Assembly (NCBI GenBank): GCA_030651175.1
Contig: JAUSCR010000116.1
Coordinates: 1 to 40,520 of the forward strand
Direction of reading: 5' to 3'
Length of the DNA stretch: 40,520 bases
Origin: Dehalococcoidia bacterium
Lineage (GTDB): Bacteria > Chloroflexota > Dehalococcoidia > Lucifugimonadales > SHYF01
Shown here: in pieces, positions 32,665 to 40,520 of the stretch
Layout: every line of letters starts with the position of its first letter
Position numbering within the stretch: position 1 is the first letter of the stretch
The notes under the pieces: generated by a model
Database searches by the model: none
The model's input: the letters and a program-made list of their open reading frames with translations, nothing else
Told to the model about the DNA's origin: nothing
Program-made: the position numbers and the translations under genes

Positions 32665-35253
32665 ATGAAACTCGGAACACGACTGCTCAGAAGGCTGGTT
32701 TACTTCACCACACTTGCGGCGGCACTCATTCTGATGGCGGTAGCCACAAGCGCCCTGCCGTCCATACCCCTAGCCCATGCCGCAGGGAACACGTGGGCCA
32801 CCACGGGCAGCATGGCTACGAAATGGCGCAAATGGCATAAAAAGAGCTTCCTTCTTGCCGCATCTGGCCTGGGCTTGCTTCTCTTGCTCATACCTTTGTC
32901 ATTGGCCATTGCCTCGCCATCGGCTGCCCCCGGAGACCTGGACACCACCTTTGACACCGACGGCAAGTTGACCACCAACTTCGGAGGCAGCGATATCGGC
33001 TACTCCGTGGCCATCCAGGGCGACGGCAGGATCGTTGTGGCAGGATACTCCGACGTGGGAGGCACCTACGACTTCGCCCTGGCGCGGTACAACGCCAACG
33101 GCACCCTGGACACCACCTTTGACGCCGACGGCAAGTTGACCACCGACTTCGGAGGCAACGATGCTGGCTACTCCGTGGCCATCCAGGGCGACGGCAAGAT
33201 CGTGGTGGCAGGGGAGACCTACCTAGCCAGCGCCTACAACTTTGCTCTGGCGCGGTACAACACTGACGGCAGCCTGGACACGTCCTTTGACGCCGACGGT
33301 AGGGTGACCACCAACTTCGGAGGCGACGATATCGGCAAGTCGGTGGCCATCCAGAGCGACGGCAGGATCGTTGTGGCAGGATACTCCAACGTGGGAGGCA
33401 CCTACGACTTTGCCCTGGCGCGGTACAACGCCAACGGCAGCCTGGACACGTCCTTTGACGCCGACGGCAAGGTGACCACCGACTTCGGAGGCAACAATTT
33501 CGGCCAGTCGGTAGCCATTCAGAGCGACGGCAGGATCGTGGCGGCAGGGCGCTCCGGCGCGTTCCCCAACTACGACTCCGCGCTGGCGCGGTACAACGCC
33601 GACGGCAGTCTGGACGCCTCCTTTAACACCGGGGGCAAGGTGACCACCGACTTCGGAGGCAACGATTTCGGCTACTCCGTGGCCATCCAGGGCGACGGCA
33701 GGATCGTTGTGGCAGGACACTCCGACGTGGGAGGCACAGCCGACTTCGCCGTGGCGCGGTACAACGCCGACGGCACCCTGGACACCACCTTTGACGCCGA
33801 CGGCAAGGTGACCACCGACTTCGGAGGCAACAATTTCGGCCAGTCGGTAGCCATTCAGAGCAACGGGAAGATCGTGGTGGCAGGGTATTCCGGCGAGGGC
33901 GTCGCCTACGACTTCGCCGTGGCGCGGTACAACGCCGACGGCAGCCTGACCACATCCTTCGGCGCCGGTGGCAAGGTGACCACCGACTTCGGAGGCTACG
34001 ATATCGGCCAGTCGGTAGCCATTCAAAGCAACGGAAAGATCGTGGTGGCAGGGTATTCCGGCGATGGCGTCGCCTACGACTTCGCCGTGGCGCGGTACAC
34101 GGCGGAGGTGCCCCCGCCCTACGCCTACGTGGCCAACCTGGGCTCGGACAACGTCTCCGTCATTGACACATCCACCGACACGGTGATAGCAACCATCGCG
34201 GTGGGCGACCTGCCGTATGGGGTGGCAGCCAACCCTGCCGGGACACGGGTGTACGTGACCAACTTCGTTAGCAACACCGTCTCGGTGATTGACACATCCA
34301 CCAACACGGTGGTGGCAACAATTGCGGTGGGTACCGGGCCTAACGACCCGGTTGTCAGCCCGGATGGGTCGCGGCTGTACGTACCCAACGGGACGTGGAC
34401 GTCGGGCGGGGGCACTGTGTCGGTGGTGGACACGTCCAACAACACGGTGATAGCCATCGTAGGGGGCGTGGGGGACGCCCGGGACACGGCAATCACGCCG
34501 GACGGGAGCAGGGTGTACGTGTCCAATGCCTACGGCCCCCCCGCCGTGATCAACGTGATCAACACAGCCACCAACACGGTGGCTGCCACGGTGGACGTGG
34601 GCGGTAACTGGAGTGCCGGGATCGCGCTCAGCCCCAATGGGATGCGTGCCTACGTGTCGGTGTGGGATGCCGCCAACGGGTATCTGAAGGTTGTGGACAC
34701 GGACCCCTTCAGCCCTACCTACCACACAGTGGTCGCCTCGCTCCTGCTGGCCGCCGCTCCGTCCGGCAACCCGATAAGTGTGACCGTCTCGCCGGACGGG
34801 AGCCGTGTCTATGTGCACGACAACTCCAGCTACAACATCTATGTGGTCAAAACCGCCGACACCACATTGCTGACGACCCTGGGCGGCTTTATTGGAGGAA
34901 GCGGGAAGATGGCGTTCACCCCGGACGGGAAGAGGGCGTATGCGACCACGAGCCTCGGCTTGGGCGTCAAGGTGGTGGACACCGATCCCGCCAGCCCCAC
35001 CTACCACTCGGTCATCGCCACTATCCCGGTCCCGATCGGGGGCGCCGGCGGCGTCGCGATCGTGAGCTTAGGGGGTTCGCCCGTGCCACCCACGCCAACT
35101 GCGACACCCGTCCCGACGGCCACGCCTACACCCGTGCCGCCTACGCCTACTCCCACTCTCGTGCCCGGCGTCTCCACCCTCGGCATGGTGGCGCTATCAG
35201 TAATGCTGATGGCCGCCTACCTCTGGGCCAGACGCCGCCGGCTCGCGGACTAG
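32665..35253 (+). CDS. Secreted/surface protein: seven delta-60 repeats, YVTN-type beta-propeller, PT linker and IPTL-CTERM-like anchor
   Basis: GGAGG RBS; signal peptide(s); LDTTFD.DGK.TT.FGG...AIQ.DG.IVVAG repeats; YVAN/YVTN repeats; C-terminus VPGVSTLG-hydrophobic-RRRR. Confidence 0.9.
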   Translation: MKLGTRLLRRLVYFTTLAAALILMAVATSALPSIPLAHAAGNTWATTGSMATKWRKWHKKSFLLAASGLGLLLLLIPLSLAIASPSAAPGDLDTTFDTDGKLTTNFGGSDIGYSVAIQGDGRIVVAGYSDVGGTYDFALARYNANGTLDTTFDADGKLTTDFGGNDAGYSVAIQGDGKIVVAGETYLASAYNFALARYNTDGSLDTSFDADGRVTTNFGGDDIGKSVAIQSDGRIVVAGYSNVGGTYDFALARYNANGSLDTSFDADGKVTTDFGGNNFGQSVAIQSDGRIVAAGRSGAFPNYDSALARYNADGSLDASFNTGGKVTTDFGGNDFGYSVAIQGDGRIVVAGHSDVGGTADFAVARYNADGTLDTTFDADGKVTTDFGGNNFGQSVAIQSNGKIVVAGYSGEGVAYDFAVARYNADGSLTTSFGAGGKVTTDFGGYDIGQSVAIQSNGKIVVAGYSGDGVAYDFAVARYTAEVPPPYAYVANLGSDNVSVIDTSTDTVIATIAVGDLPYGVAANPAGTRVYVTNFVSNTVSVIDTSTNTVVATIAVGTGPNDPVVSPDGSRLYVPNGTWTSGGGTVSVVDTSNNTVIAIVGGVGDARDTAITPDGSRVYVSNAYGPPAVINVINTATNTVAATVDVGGNWSAGIALSPNGMRAYVSVWDAANGYLKVVDTDPFSPTYHTVVASLLLAAAPSGNPISVTVSPDGSRVYVHDNSSYNIYVVKTADTTLLTTLGGFIGGSGKMAFTPDGKRAYATTSLGLGVKVVDTDPASPTYHSVIATIPVPIGGAGGVAIVSLGGSPVPPTPTATPVPTATPTPVPPTPTPTLVPGVSTLGMVALSVMLMAAYLWARRRRLAD
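32932..34107 (+). repeat. Seven tandem 168-nt (56-aa) intragenic repeats
   Basis: CTGGACACC at 32938 and 33106 (spacing 168); units are highly similar at the DNA level. Confidence 0.92.
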
Positions 35254-35264
35254 GGCCGCTCATT

Positions 35265-35309
35265 CCCTCCCTTCTCCCCTCGTGGGAGAAGGTTAGGATG
35301 AGGGTGGTT
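35265..35309 (+). repeat. Hairpin CCTTCTCCC-CTCGT-GGGAGAAGG..AGGATGAGGG, related to the third module of the composite repeat
   Basis: 9-bp inverted repeat directly after the surface-protein stop codon. Confidence 0.65.
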
Positions 35310-35314
35310 TGTAC

Positions 35315-35342
35315 TAAACCCCCGACTTAAGTCGGGGGTTTA
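35315..35342. repeat. Perfect 28-bp palindrome TAAACCCCCGACTTAAGTCGGGGGTTTA
   Basis: Identical to its reverse complement; shares its core with 14587 and 32453. Confidence 0.85.
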
Positions 35343-35394
35343 TGATTCCCCCATTTTCTTTGCCCGCATGTACCCCCTATGCTATTATCTGCGG

Positions 35395-35970
35395 GTGAGA
35401 ACAGTTGCTATAACAAGGCGGCGCATCGCCACGCGGCGCATTGATGTCCAGGTGTTTCCGGCATTTCGCCGGCAGCTCACCGTGCCCTGGCTACGCCGAG
35501 TGGCGAAGGAGGCGCTGGCTGCCGGGGCCTCCTCTGCTCCTGGCGAGGACACACCCAGAGCCGCCTACCGCAGCCTGAGCCTGGTCATAGCCGATGACGC
35601 CACCATCCTGCGACTGAACCGCGACTACCGCGGCCTGAACGAAACCACCGATGTCCTGGCCTTCGCCTCGGACCACGCCGGTGAGTACGAAGGCGATGGC
35701 ACACCTCCGCCTTCCGAAAGTAACGAACAATTCATCACCGCTCCTGAAGAGGAGGGGTTTGCAGGCGAGGTCATTGTCTCCTATCCCCAGTGCCTCCGTC
35801 AGGCCGCCGAGCATGGCCATTCCGCATCCCAAGAGCTGGCACTCCTGATCACGCACGGCGTGCTGCACCTGCTGGGATATGACCATGCCACACCGGAGGA
35901 GGAGCAGGCGATGAATGCCAGGACGCAAACAGCCCTTGCGACGCTGGGTTTGGCCGAGGTGGTCCAGTGA
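35395..35970 (+). CDS. ybeY: rRNA maturation endoribonuclease YbeY
   Basis: LNRDYRG..TTDVLAF, HGVLHLLGYDH motifs. GTG 35395 lies 7 nt after TGcTATTAT, so it may be leaderless. Confidence 0.93.
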   Translation: MRTVAITRRRIATRRIDVQVFPAFRRQLTVPWLRRVAKEALAAGASSAPGEDTPRAAYRSLSLVIADDATILRLNRDYRGLNETTDVLAFASDHAGEYEGDGTPPPSESNEQFITAPEEEGFAGEVIVSYPQCLRQAAEHGHSASQELALLITHGVLHLLGYDHATPEEEQAMNARTQTALATLGLAEVVQ

Positions 35971-37676
35971 CCAACCAGGTCTACTACCGCCGGTGGAGAC
36001 CCCAGCGACTGGCTGACCTGGTGGGACAGGAGCCTGTGGCCCGCACCCTGAAACAGGCCATCCTCAGGAAGCGGATAGCCCACGCCTATCTGTTCTGCGG
36101 CCCCAGGGGCACGGGCAAGACAAGCACGGCCAGGATCATGGCGAAGGCTGTCAACTGCCTGAATCCCCAGGACGGCGAGCCATGCAACGCCTGCCGCCTT
36201 TGCCAGGCCGTCAACGAAGGTCGTGCCCTGGACCTGGTGGAGATAGACGCCGCCAGCAACCGCGGTATAGACGAGGTCAGGAGCATCCGGGAGAAGGTGA
36301 ACTACGCCCCTGCCGAAGGCGCATACAAGGTCTACGTCCTGGACGAAGCCCACATGCTCACCGATGCCGCCGCCGATGCCCTCCTGAAGACACTGGAGGA
36401 GCCGCCGGCCCACGTCATATTCATCCTGGCCACCACGGAACCCCATAAGCTTCCCGGCACCATTGTCTCCCGCTGCCAGCGGTACGACTTCCACCGCATC
36501 ACGCCGGCGGCCATGGCCGAGCGGCTGGCGCAAATATGTCAGGCGGAGGGCATCGTCGCTGACCCTGCCGCATTGCATGCCCTGGCCCGCAACGCCGCAG
36601 GAAGCCTCCGGGACGCGGAGAACCTACTGGAGCGGGCCGTCACATCCCTTGGGACTCCCCTGGGACTGGAGCAGGTGCGACTGCTCTTGGGGCTGGCCAG
36701 CGAAGAGCGCGTCCGTGCCCTGGTGGGCCACATCCTGCACGGGCGGGTCCCTCTGGCCCTGACACTGCTCAACGCCATGGCCGCCGAAGGACTGGACCTG
36801 CGCCAGCTTCACCGGCAGATGGTGGACGAGCTACGGGAGCTTCTTCTACTCAAGTCCGGCGCTCCCGAGATGGTGCCCCAGGCAGAGGAGGTGTTGCGGG
36901 AACAGTCCGCCCTCATAGCCCAGGTAACTTTGGATCGCCTGCTCCACACCATGAGACTCATGGGCCAGGTCAACTTCCGCAACGATACGCCCACATCTCT
37001 TCCCCTGGAGCTGGCGATGATAGAAGCGGCCCAGGGCGATGCCCCCAGGGAGAGCAGCGCCTCTAACGCGGCTCGTCCTGCCACTGGCGGCATGGCAGCC
37101 GCATCATCGTCTGTGGCGTCTGCGGCCCGCCGTCCCACTGCCAGTGCGCCAGCGGCACAGCAGGCGGCTCGCCGGCCCGTGCCAGCGGCTCCATCGGCCC
37201 GCTCTCAGCCTCCCGCTGCTCCGGCGCCATCCCCACTTCCACCAACGCCATCTCCGGAGGCAAGTCCGGCCAGGGCGCAAACCAGCTCTGACCCAGCGGT
37301 TCGCCTGGAACAGGAGTGGGATGGTATCATCAGGACGCTGAGTCGGCTGAGTCGCCAGAAATATCGCAGGTTTAACCCGGGTGCCCTGCTCCGCAATTGC
37401 CGCCAGCGCCGCCTGGAGGGCGATACCCTGGCCCTGGAGTTTACTCACCGCAACTACATGGAGCGCATGAAAGAGGAGATGGACAATCCGGAGAGCCGCC
37501 GGAATGTTCTGGATGCGATAATCGCCGCCCTAGGTATCACCACTCCTCTGAACCTAACGTACACAGCTCCCAACGGGCCGGATAGCACCGATAAGCCCCG
37601 TCAAAGCCCGCTGGTGCAAGCCGCTCTGGGAATGGGTGGTAAGATATTGGAAGAAGCCGAGGAGCGTCATGAATAG
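35967..37676 (+). CDS. dnaX: DNA polymerase III subunit gamma/tau
   Basis: YRRWRP, GPRGTGKTS, PCNACRLC, EIDAASN, LDEAHML, LLKTLEEPP, SRCQ motifs. Confidence 0.97.
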   Translation: MTNQVYYRRWRPQRLADLVGQEPVARTLKQAILRKRIAHAYLFCGPRGTGKTSTARIMAKAVNCLNPQDGEPCNACRLCQAVNEGRALDLVEIDAASNRGIDEVRSIREKVNYAPAEGAYKVYVLDEAHMLTDAAADALLKTLEEPPAHVIFILATTEPHKLPGTIVSRCQRYDFHRITPAAMAERLAQICQAEGIVADPAALHALARNAAGSLRDAENLLERAVTSLGTPLGLEQVRLLLGLASEERVRALVGHILHGRVPLALTLLNAMAAEGLDLRQLHRQMVDELRELLLLKSGAPEMVPQAEEVLREQSALIAQVTLDRLLHTMRLMGQVNFRNDTPTSLPLELAMIEAAQGDAPRESSASNAARPATGGMAAASSSVASAARRPTASAPAAQQAARRPVPAAPSARSQPPAAPAPSPLPPTPSPEASPARAQTSSDPAVRLEQEWDGIIRTLSRLSRQKYRRFNPGALLRNCRQRRLEGDTLALEFTHRNYMERMKEEMDNPESRRNVLDAIIAALGITTPLNLTYTAPNGPDSTDKPRQSPLVQAALGMGGKILEEAEERHE

Positions 37677-37974
37677 GAATCTGATCCGTCAAGCCCAAGA
37701 GCTACAGCAACGCCTTGCCAAGGCCCAGGAAGCCCTGGAGCATGAGACTGTGGAAGGCACCTCAGGAGGAGGCGCTGTGAAAGTTGTAGTTAACGGGAAG
37801 CAGAAGGCGCAGTCCGTGAAGATAGACCCAGAGGCGGTGGACCCCCAGGACGTGGGTATGCTGGAAGACCTGGTGCTGGCCGCAGTGAACGACGCCATGG
37901 ACAAGGCGCAGGAGCTGGCCGCAAAGCGCATGAGCGCCATCACCGGCGGCATGAAGATACCGGGGCTGATGTAA
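37669..37974 (+). CDS. ybaB: YbaB/EbfC nucleoid-associated protein
   Basis: QAQELQ, GTSGGGAVKV, EDLVLAAVNDA, TGGMKIPGL motifs. Confidence 0.95.
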   Translation: MNRNLIRQAQELQQRLAKAQEALEHETVEGTSGGGAVKVVVNGKQKAQSVKIDPEAVDPQDVGMLEDLVLAAVNDAMDKAQELAAKRMSAITGGMKIPGLM

Positions 37975-37998
37975 TTCTCATAAGGCAACCCATTCACC

Positions 37999-38871
37999 AT
38001 GACCACGCTAGCCACTCTGGAATACGCTCCGATAGAGCTTGCCCAGTCCTCCATCTCGGAAGAGCTAAGCAAGCTTAAGCCGCGGAGGTCTTCAAAGCAT
38101 GGCGCTGCGCTGTTTGAGGCGTTACAGTCGGCAGATGTTAGCATTGAGGAGCTACGTTCTCTTTTGCATGATCCTGCAACAGCCCAACTGCCTGCCCATA
38201 TCCAAGGGCTTGCATGGGCTCTGTTTGGCTACGCTCTAGACCGAGAAGGGTTACATGCAGAAGTGTTGGAGGCCTTTGAGCGGGCCACAGAGCTACGGCC
38301 TGAGTACCCAGATGCCCACTTCAACCGAGGCATGGTTCTGGGGCAAATGGGCCGCTACCAGGAGGCCATAGAGGCCTTTGAGTGGTACAGTCAGCTACGC
38401 CCCGATGACCCAGAAGCCCCATTCAATCGTGGCGTGGCTCTAGCGCAACTAGGCCGTTATCAGGAGGCGCTGGAGGCCCTGGAGCGAGTGTACCCTTTGA
38501 GGCGTACATCATCGGCCGTTGGGCAAGGAATCTACTTGGCAGCATCATACATATCCCTCATGTTCGGTCTCGCTGCCCTCAAACGCCGCTGGTTACCGGA
38601 CTATGAGAAAGCCACCGATGCCTTTATCAAGTGGCGTGCCCGTGCCCGCCGGGACAAGCAAACGGCGGCTTTCAAGCAGGCCGTAGAAGAGGTCAAAAAC
38701 GGGCTTCCAAAGGAAGATATTGAGACGTTTGAAGACTTCATGTTGGGCGTTAGGCTGATGTCCATTCGAGACCCATTCAAAGGATGGAAAGCCCTGGGGA
38801 AAGAGATTAGCAAGGACTGGCCTAAAGACGTATCTGCTGTGGAAGCAGTCCGCGAGCAGCGCCGATGGTAG
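37999..38871 (+). CDS. TPR-repeat protein with C-terminal antitoxin-like tail
   Basis: Three 34-aa TPRs (AHFNRGMVLGQMGRYQEAIEAF...); tail WKALGKEISKDWPKDVSAVEAVREQRRW; overlaps the downstream PIN gene. Confidence 0.85.
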   Translation: MTTLATLEYAPIELAQSSISEELSKLKPRRSSKHGAALFEALQSADVSIEELRSLLHDPATAQLPAHIQGLAWALFGYALDREGLHAEVLEAFERATELRPEYPDAHFNRGMVLGQMGRYQEAIEAFEWYSQLRPDDPEAPFNRGVALAQLGRYQEALEALERVYPLRRTSSAVGQGIYLAASYISLMFGLAALKRRWLPDYEKATDAFIKWRARARRDKQTAAFKQAVEEVKNGLPKEDIETFEDFMLGVRLMSIRDPFKGWKALGKEISKDWPKDVSAVEAVREQRRW

Positions 38872-39284
38872 AAGAAGTGGTGGTGGATGCTAGCGTTCTT
38901 GTAGCCTCTTTTCTTGATTATGAGGACAAGCATGTCGAAGCGTTGGAGTACATCAGGCTGTTGGAGGCTGGTGACTACCTTTTTCATCTGCCACGCTTGG
39001 CGTTGGTAGAGACACTAGCTGCCGTCAACCGTAGAGCACAGCGCAGAAGCCCCATTTACGTGTTGCGAGCCAAGGCTTACTTTGAACAGTGGCAGGCTGA
39101 GGGGAAGATTGCCTTCTACGACATGGAAGAGAGTAGAGCCAGGCGCGCCGTGGATGTCGCTCTAAGGGACCGTCTCCGTGGTGCCGACGCCGTATACGCT
39201 GCGTTGGCCGAAGAGCTTGGTCTGGAATTGAAAACCTTTGACCAGGAGCAATCCCAGCGCTTTCAAGGGCGAGTCTCGTCATGA
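38865..39284 (+). CDS. PIN-domain (VapC-like) ribonuclease toxin
   Basis: Acidic tetrad VVVDAS, LVETL, LRGADAVY, KTFD. Confidence 0.92.
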   Translation: MVEEVVVDASVLVASFLDYEDKHVEALEYIRLLEAGDYLFHLPRLALVETLAAVNRRAQRRSPIYVLRAKAYFEQWQAEGKIAFYDMEESRARRAVDVALRDRLRGADAVYAALAEELGLELKTFDQEQSQRFQGRVSS

Positions 39285-39895
39285 CCACGCACGACTTCCA
39301 TCCCACCGCTGCGCCAGTAGCCCGCCTGATAGAGGAGTTCCACAAGCTGCCGGGCATAGGCCCCAAGAGCGCCCAGCGCCTCACCTACCACCTGGTGCGC
39401 ATGCCTGCGGAGGAGGCCCGCGCCCTGGCCGAGGCTATCCTGGCGGTCAAGGAAAGGATCATACTCTGCTCTCAGTGCCAGAACCTCACGGAGGTTGACC
39501 CCTGCCCCATCTGCACCGACCCCAGCCGTGACCGCACCATCCTCTGCGTGCTGGAGGAGCCTCTGGACGTTTTGGCCCTGGAGCGTACCCGCTGCTACCA
39601 GGGGTTGTACCACGTGCTGCACGGAGCCATCTCGCCCATCAACGGCATAGGGGTCGAGGAGCTGAAGATCCGCGAGATGCTGGAGCGGCTGAGGGATGGC
39701 GTCGTGCAAGAGGTAGTGATGGCCACCAACCCCAATCTTGAAGGAGAGGCTACGGCAATGTACATCCAACGGCTGGTGTCGCCTCTGGTCAAACGGGTGA
39801 CGCGCCTGGCCAGGGGCCTGCCTGTGGGAGGCGACTTGGAGTATGCTGACCAGATGACCCTGACCCGGGCCATGCAGGGTCGCCAGGAGTTTTAG
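39281..39895 (+). CDS. recR: Recombination mediator RecR
   Basis: LPGIGPKSAQRL, C4 zinc finger, YHVLHG, NPNLEGEATA, GLPVGGDLEYAD motifs. Confidence 0.97.
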   Translation: MTTHDFHPTAAPVARLIEEFHKLPGIGPKSAQRLTYHLVRMPAEEARALAEAILAVKERIILCSQCQNLTEVDPCPICTDPSRDRTILCVLEEPLDVLALERTRCYQGLYHVLHGAISPINGIGVEELKIREMLERLRDGVVQEVVMATNPNLEGEATAMYIQRLVSPLVKRVTRLARGLPVGGDLEYADQMTLTRAMQGRQEF

Positions 39896-39896
39896 A

Positions 39897-40520
39897 GTGC
39901 CCAGGGTACGTATCTACAATACGGAGGCCATCGTTCTACGCGCCAGCCCTCTGGGCGAGGCGGACCGTCTTCTGACGCTCCTCACCCCAGGCCAGGGGAA
40001 GCTGCAAGCTACGGCGCGGGGCGTTAGAAAGCCCACCAGCAAGTTGGGCGGCCACCTGGACCTGTTGACTCGCTCCTCTCTGACTTTGGCCAAGGGGCGG
40101 AGCCTAGACACCGTTACTGGCGCCGAGGCTCAAGAGACCTTTCCATTGGTAAAAGGCAACCTGGAAAGGCTATCTAGGGCCATCTACCTGGCCGAGCTGG
40201 TGGATAGCTTCAGCCCTCTGGAAGCCCCCAGCCCGGCAGTGTACACGCTTTTTCTGGAGGGCCTGCGAGGGTTGGGGACCGAAACCGACTCGAACCTGCT
40301 TCTGCGCTACATGGAGCTTCAGCTACTGAGCCTTGCGGGTTTTCTCCCGGAGCTGCGATGGTGCGCGGAGTGTCACGGCCAACTGGCTCCTGCCCAGCAC
40401 CTCTGGAGTCCTGGGGTGGGAGGAGTGGTGTGCCCCGGCTGTAGTGCCTCTCATTCTGATGCTATCAACCTTTCCTTGAATGCCTTGAAGGTGCTGCGGT
40501 TTCTCTCCACCGCCACCGTA
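39897..40520 (+). CDS. recO: DNA repair protein RecO; 3' end runs off the window
   Basis: Not in the ORF track. Manual translation from GTG 39897 gives RIYNTEAIVLRASPLGEADRLLTLLTPGQGKLQATARGVRKPTSKLGGHL...GFLPELRWCAEC...GGVVCPGC. Confidence 0.95.
   Translation, partial: MPRVRIYNTEAIVLRASPLGEADRLLTLLTPGQGKLQATARGVRKPTSKLGGHLDLLTRSSLTLAKGRSLDTVTGAEAQETFPLVKGNLERLSRAIYLAELVDSFSPLEAPSPAVYTLFLEGLRGLGTETDSNLLLRYMELQLLSLAGFLPELRWCAECHGQLAPAQHLWSPGVGGVVCPGCSASHSDAINLSLNALKVLRFLSTATV

Noticed and set aside
32932-34107. Regular tandem repeats as a possible CRISPR array or DGR template/variable pair
   Set aside because: Units are 168-nt in-frame coding repeats without unique spacers; no cas or reverse transcriptase gene is nearby.
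33223-35007. 594-aa antisense ORF
   Set aside because: Shadow frame of the GC-rich repetitive surface gene; no recognisable motifs.
35967-37676. Programmed frameshift in dnaX producing gamma
   Set aside because: No A-AAA-AAG or poly-A slippery run was seen in the linker region.
1-40520. tRNA, rRNA, integrase or transposase genes
   Set aside because: None recognised by eye; a tRNAscan/Infernal run would be needed to exclude small RNAs.

Overview
This is a roughly 40.5 kb bacterial chromosomal segment, GC-rich by eye. It most likely comes from a Dehalococcoidia-type Chloroflexota, judging by the dnaA-obgE-nadD gene order, F420-dependent enzymes and TG-extended -10 promoters. It appears to span the replication origin. 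The backbone is housekeeping: aroF/aroH/trpA, a Lon-like protease, split transketolase, sulfur-relay and cysteine genes (rrf2-moeB-cysM, tusA-dsrE, cysK-selD-mec), rplY, fmt, dnaA-oriC-obgE-nadD-pyrE, npdG, czcD, yhhQ and ybeY-dnaX-ybaB-recR-recO. Embedded in it are: (i) an AT-richer islet with a phage-switch-like XRE repressor divergent from a small winged-helix-like gene and a SAMHD1-like HD dNTPase, a candidate defence system; (ii) a TPR protein ending in an antitoxin-like tail plus a PIN toxin, inserted into the ybaB-recR operon; (iii) a Doc/Fic toxin-antitoxin pair; (iv) an unannotated Phe-Tyr-Phe-Tyr leader ORF coupled to aroF; (v) a selenocysteine-containing SelD next to a motif-altered CysK and a JAMM peptidase; (vi) a DnaA with a rewritten DNA-recognition helix beside an origin lacking canonical DnaA boxes; (vii) an apparently circularly permuted DinB-fold protein; (viii) a chimeric repeat surface protein; and (ix) several palindromic/REP-like repeat families. 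All calls come from reading motifs by eye; no database searches or computations were run.
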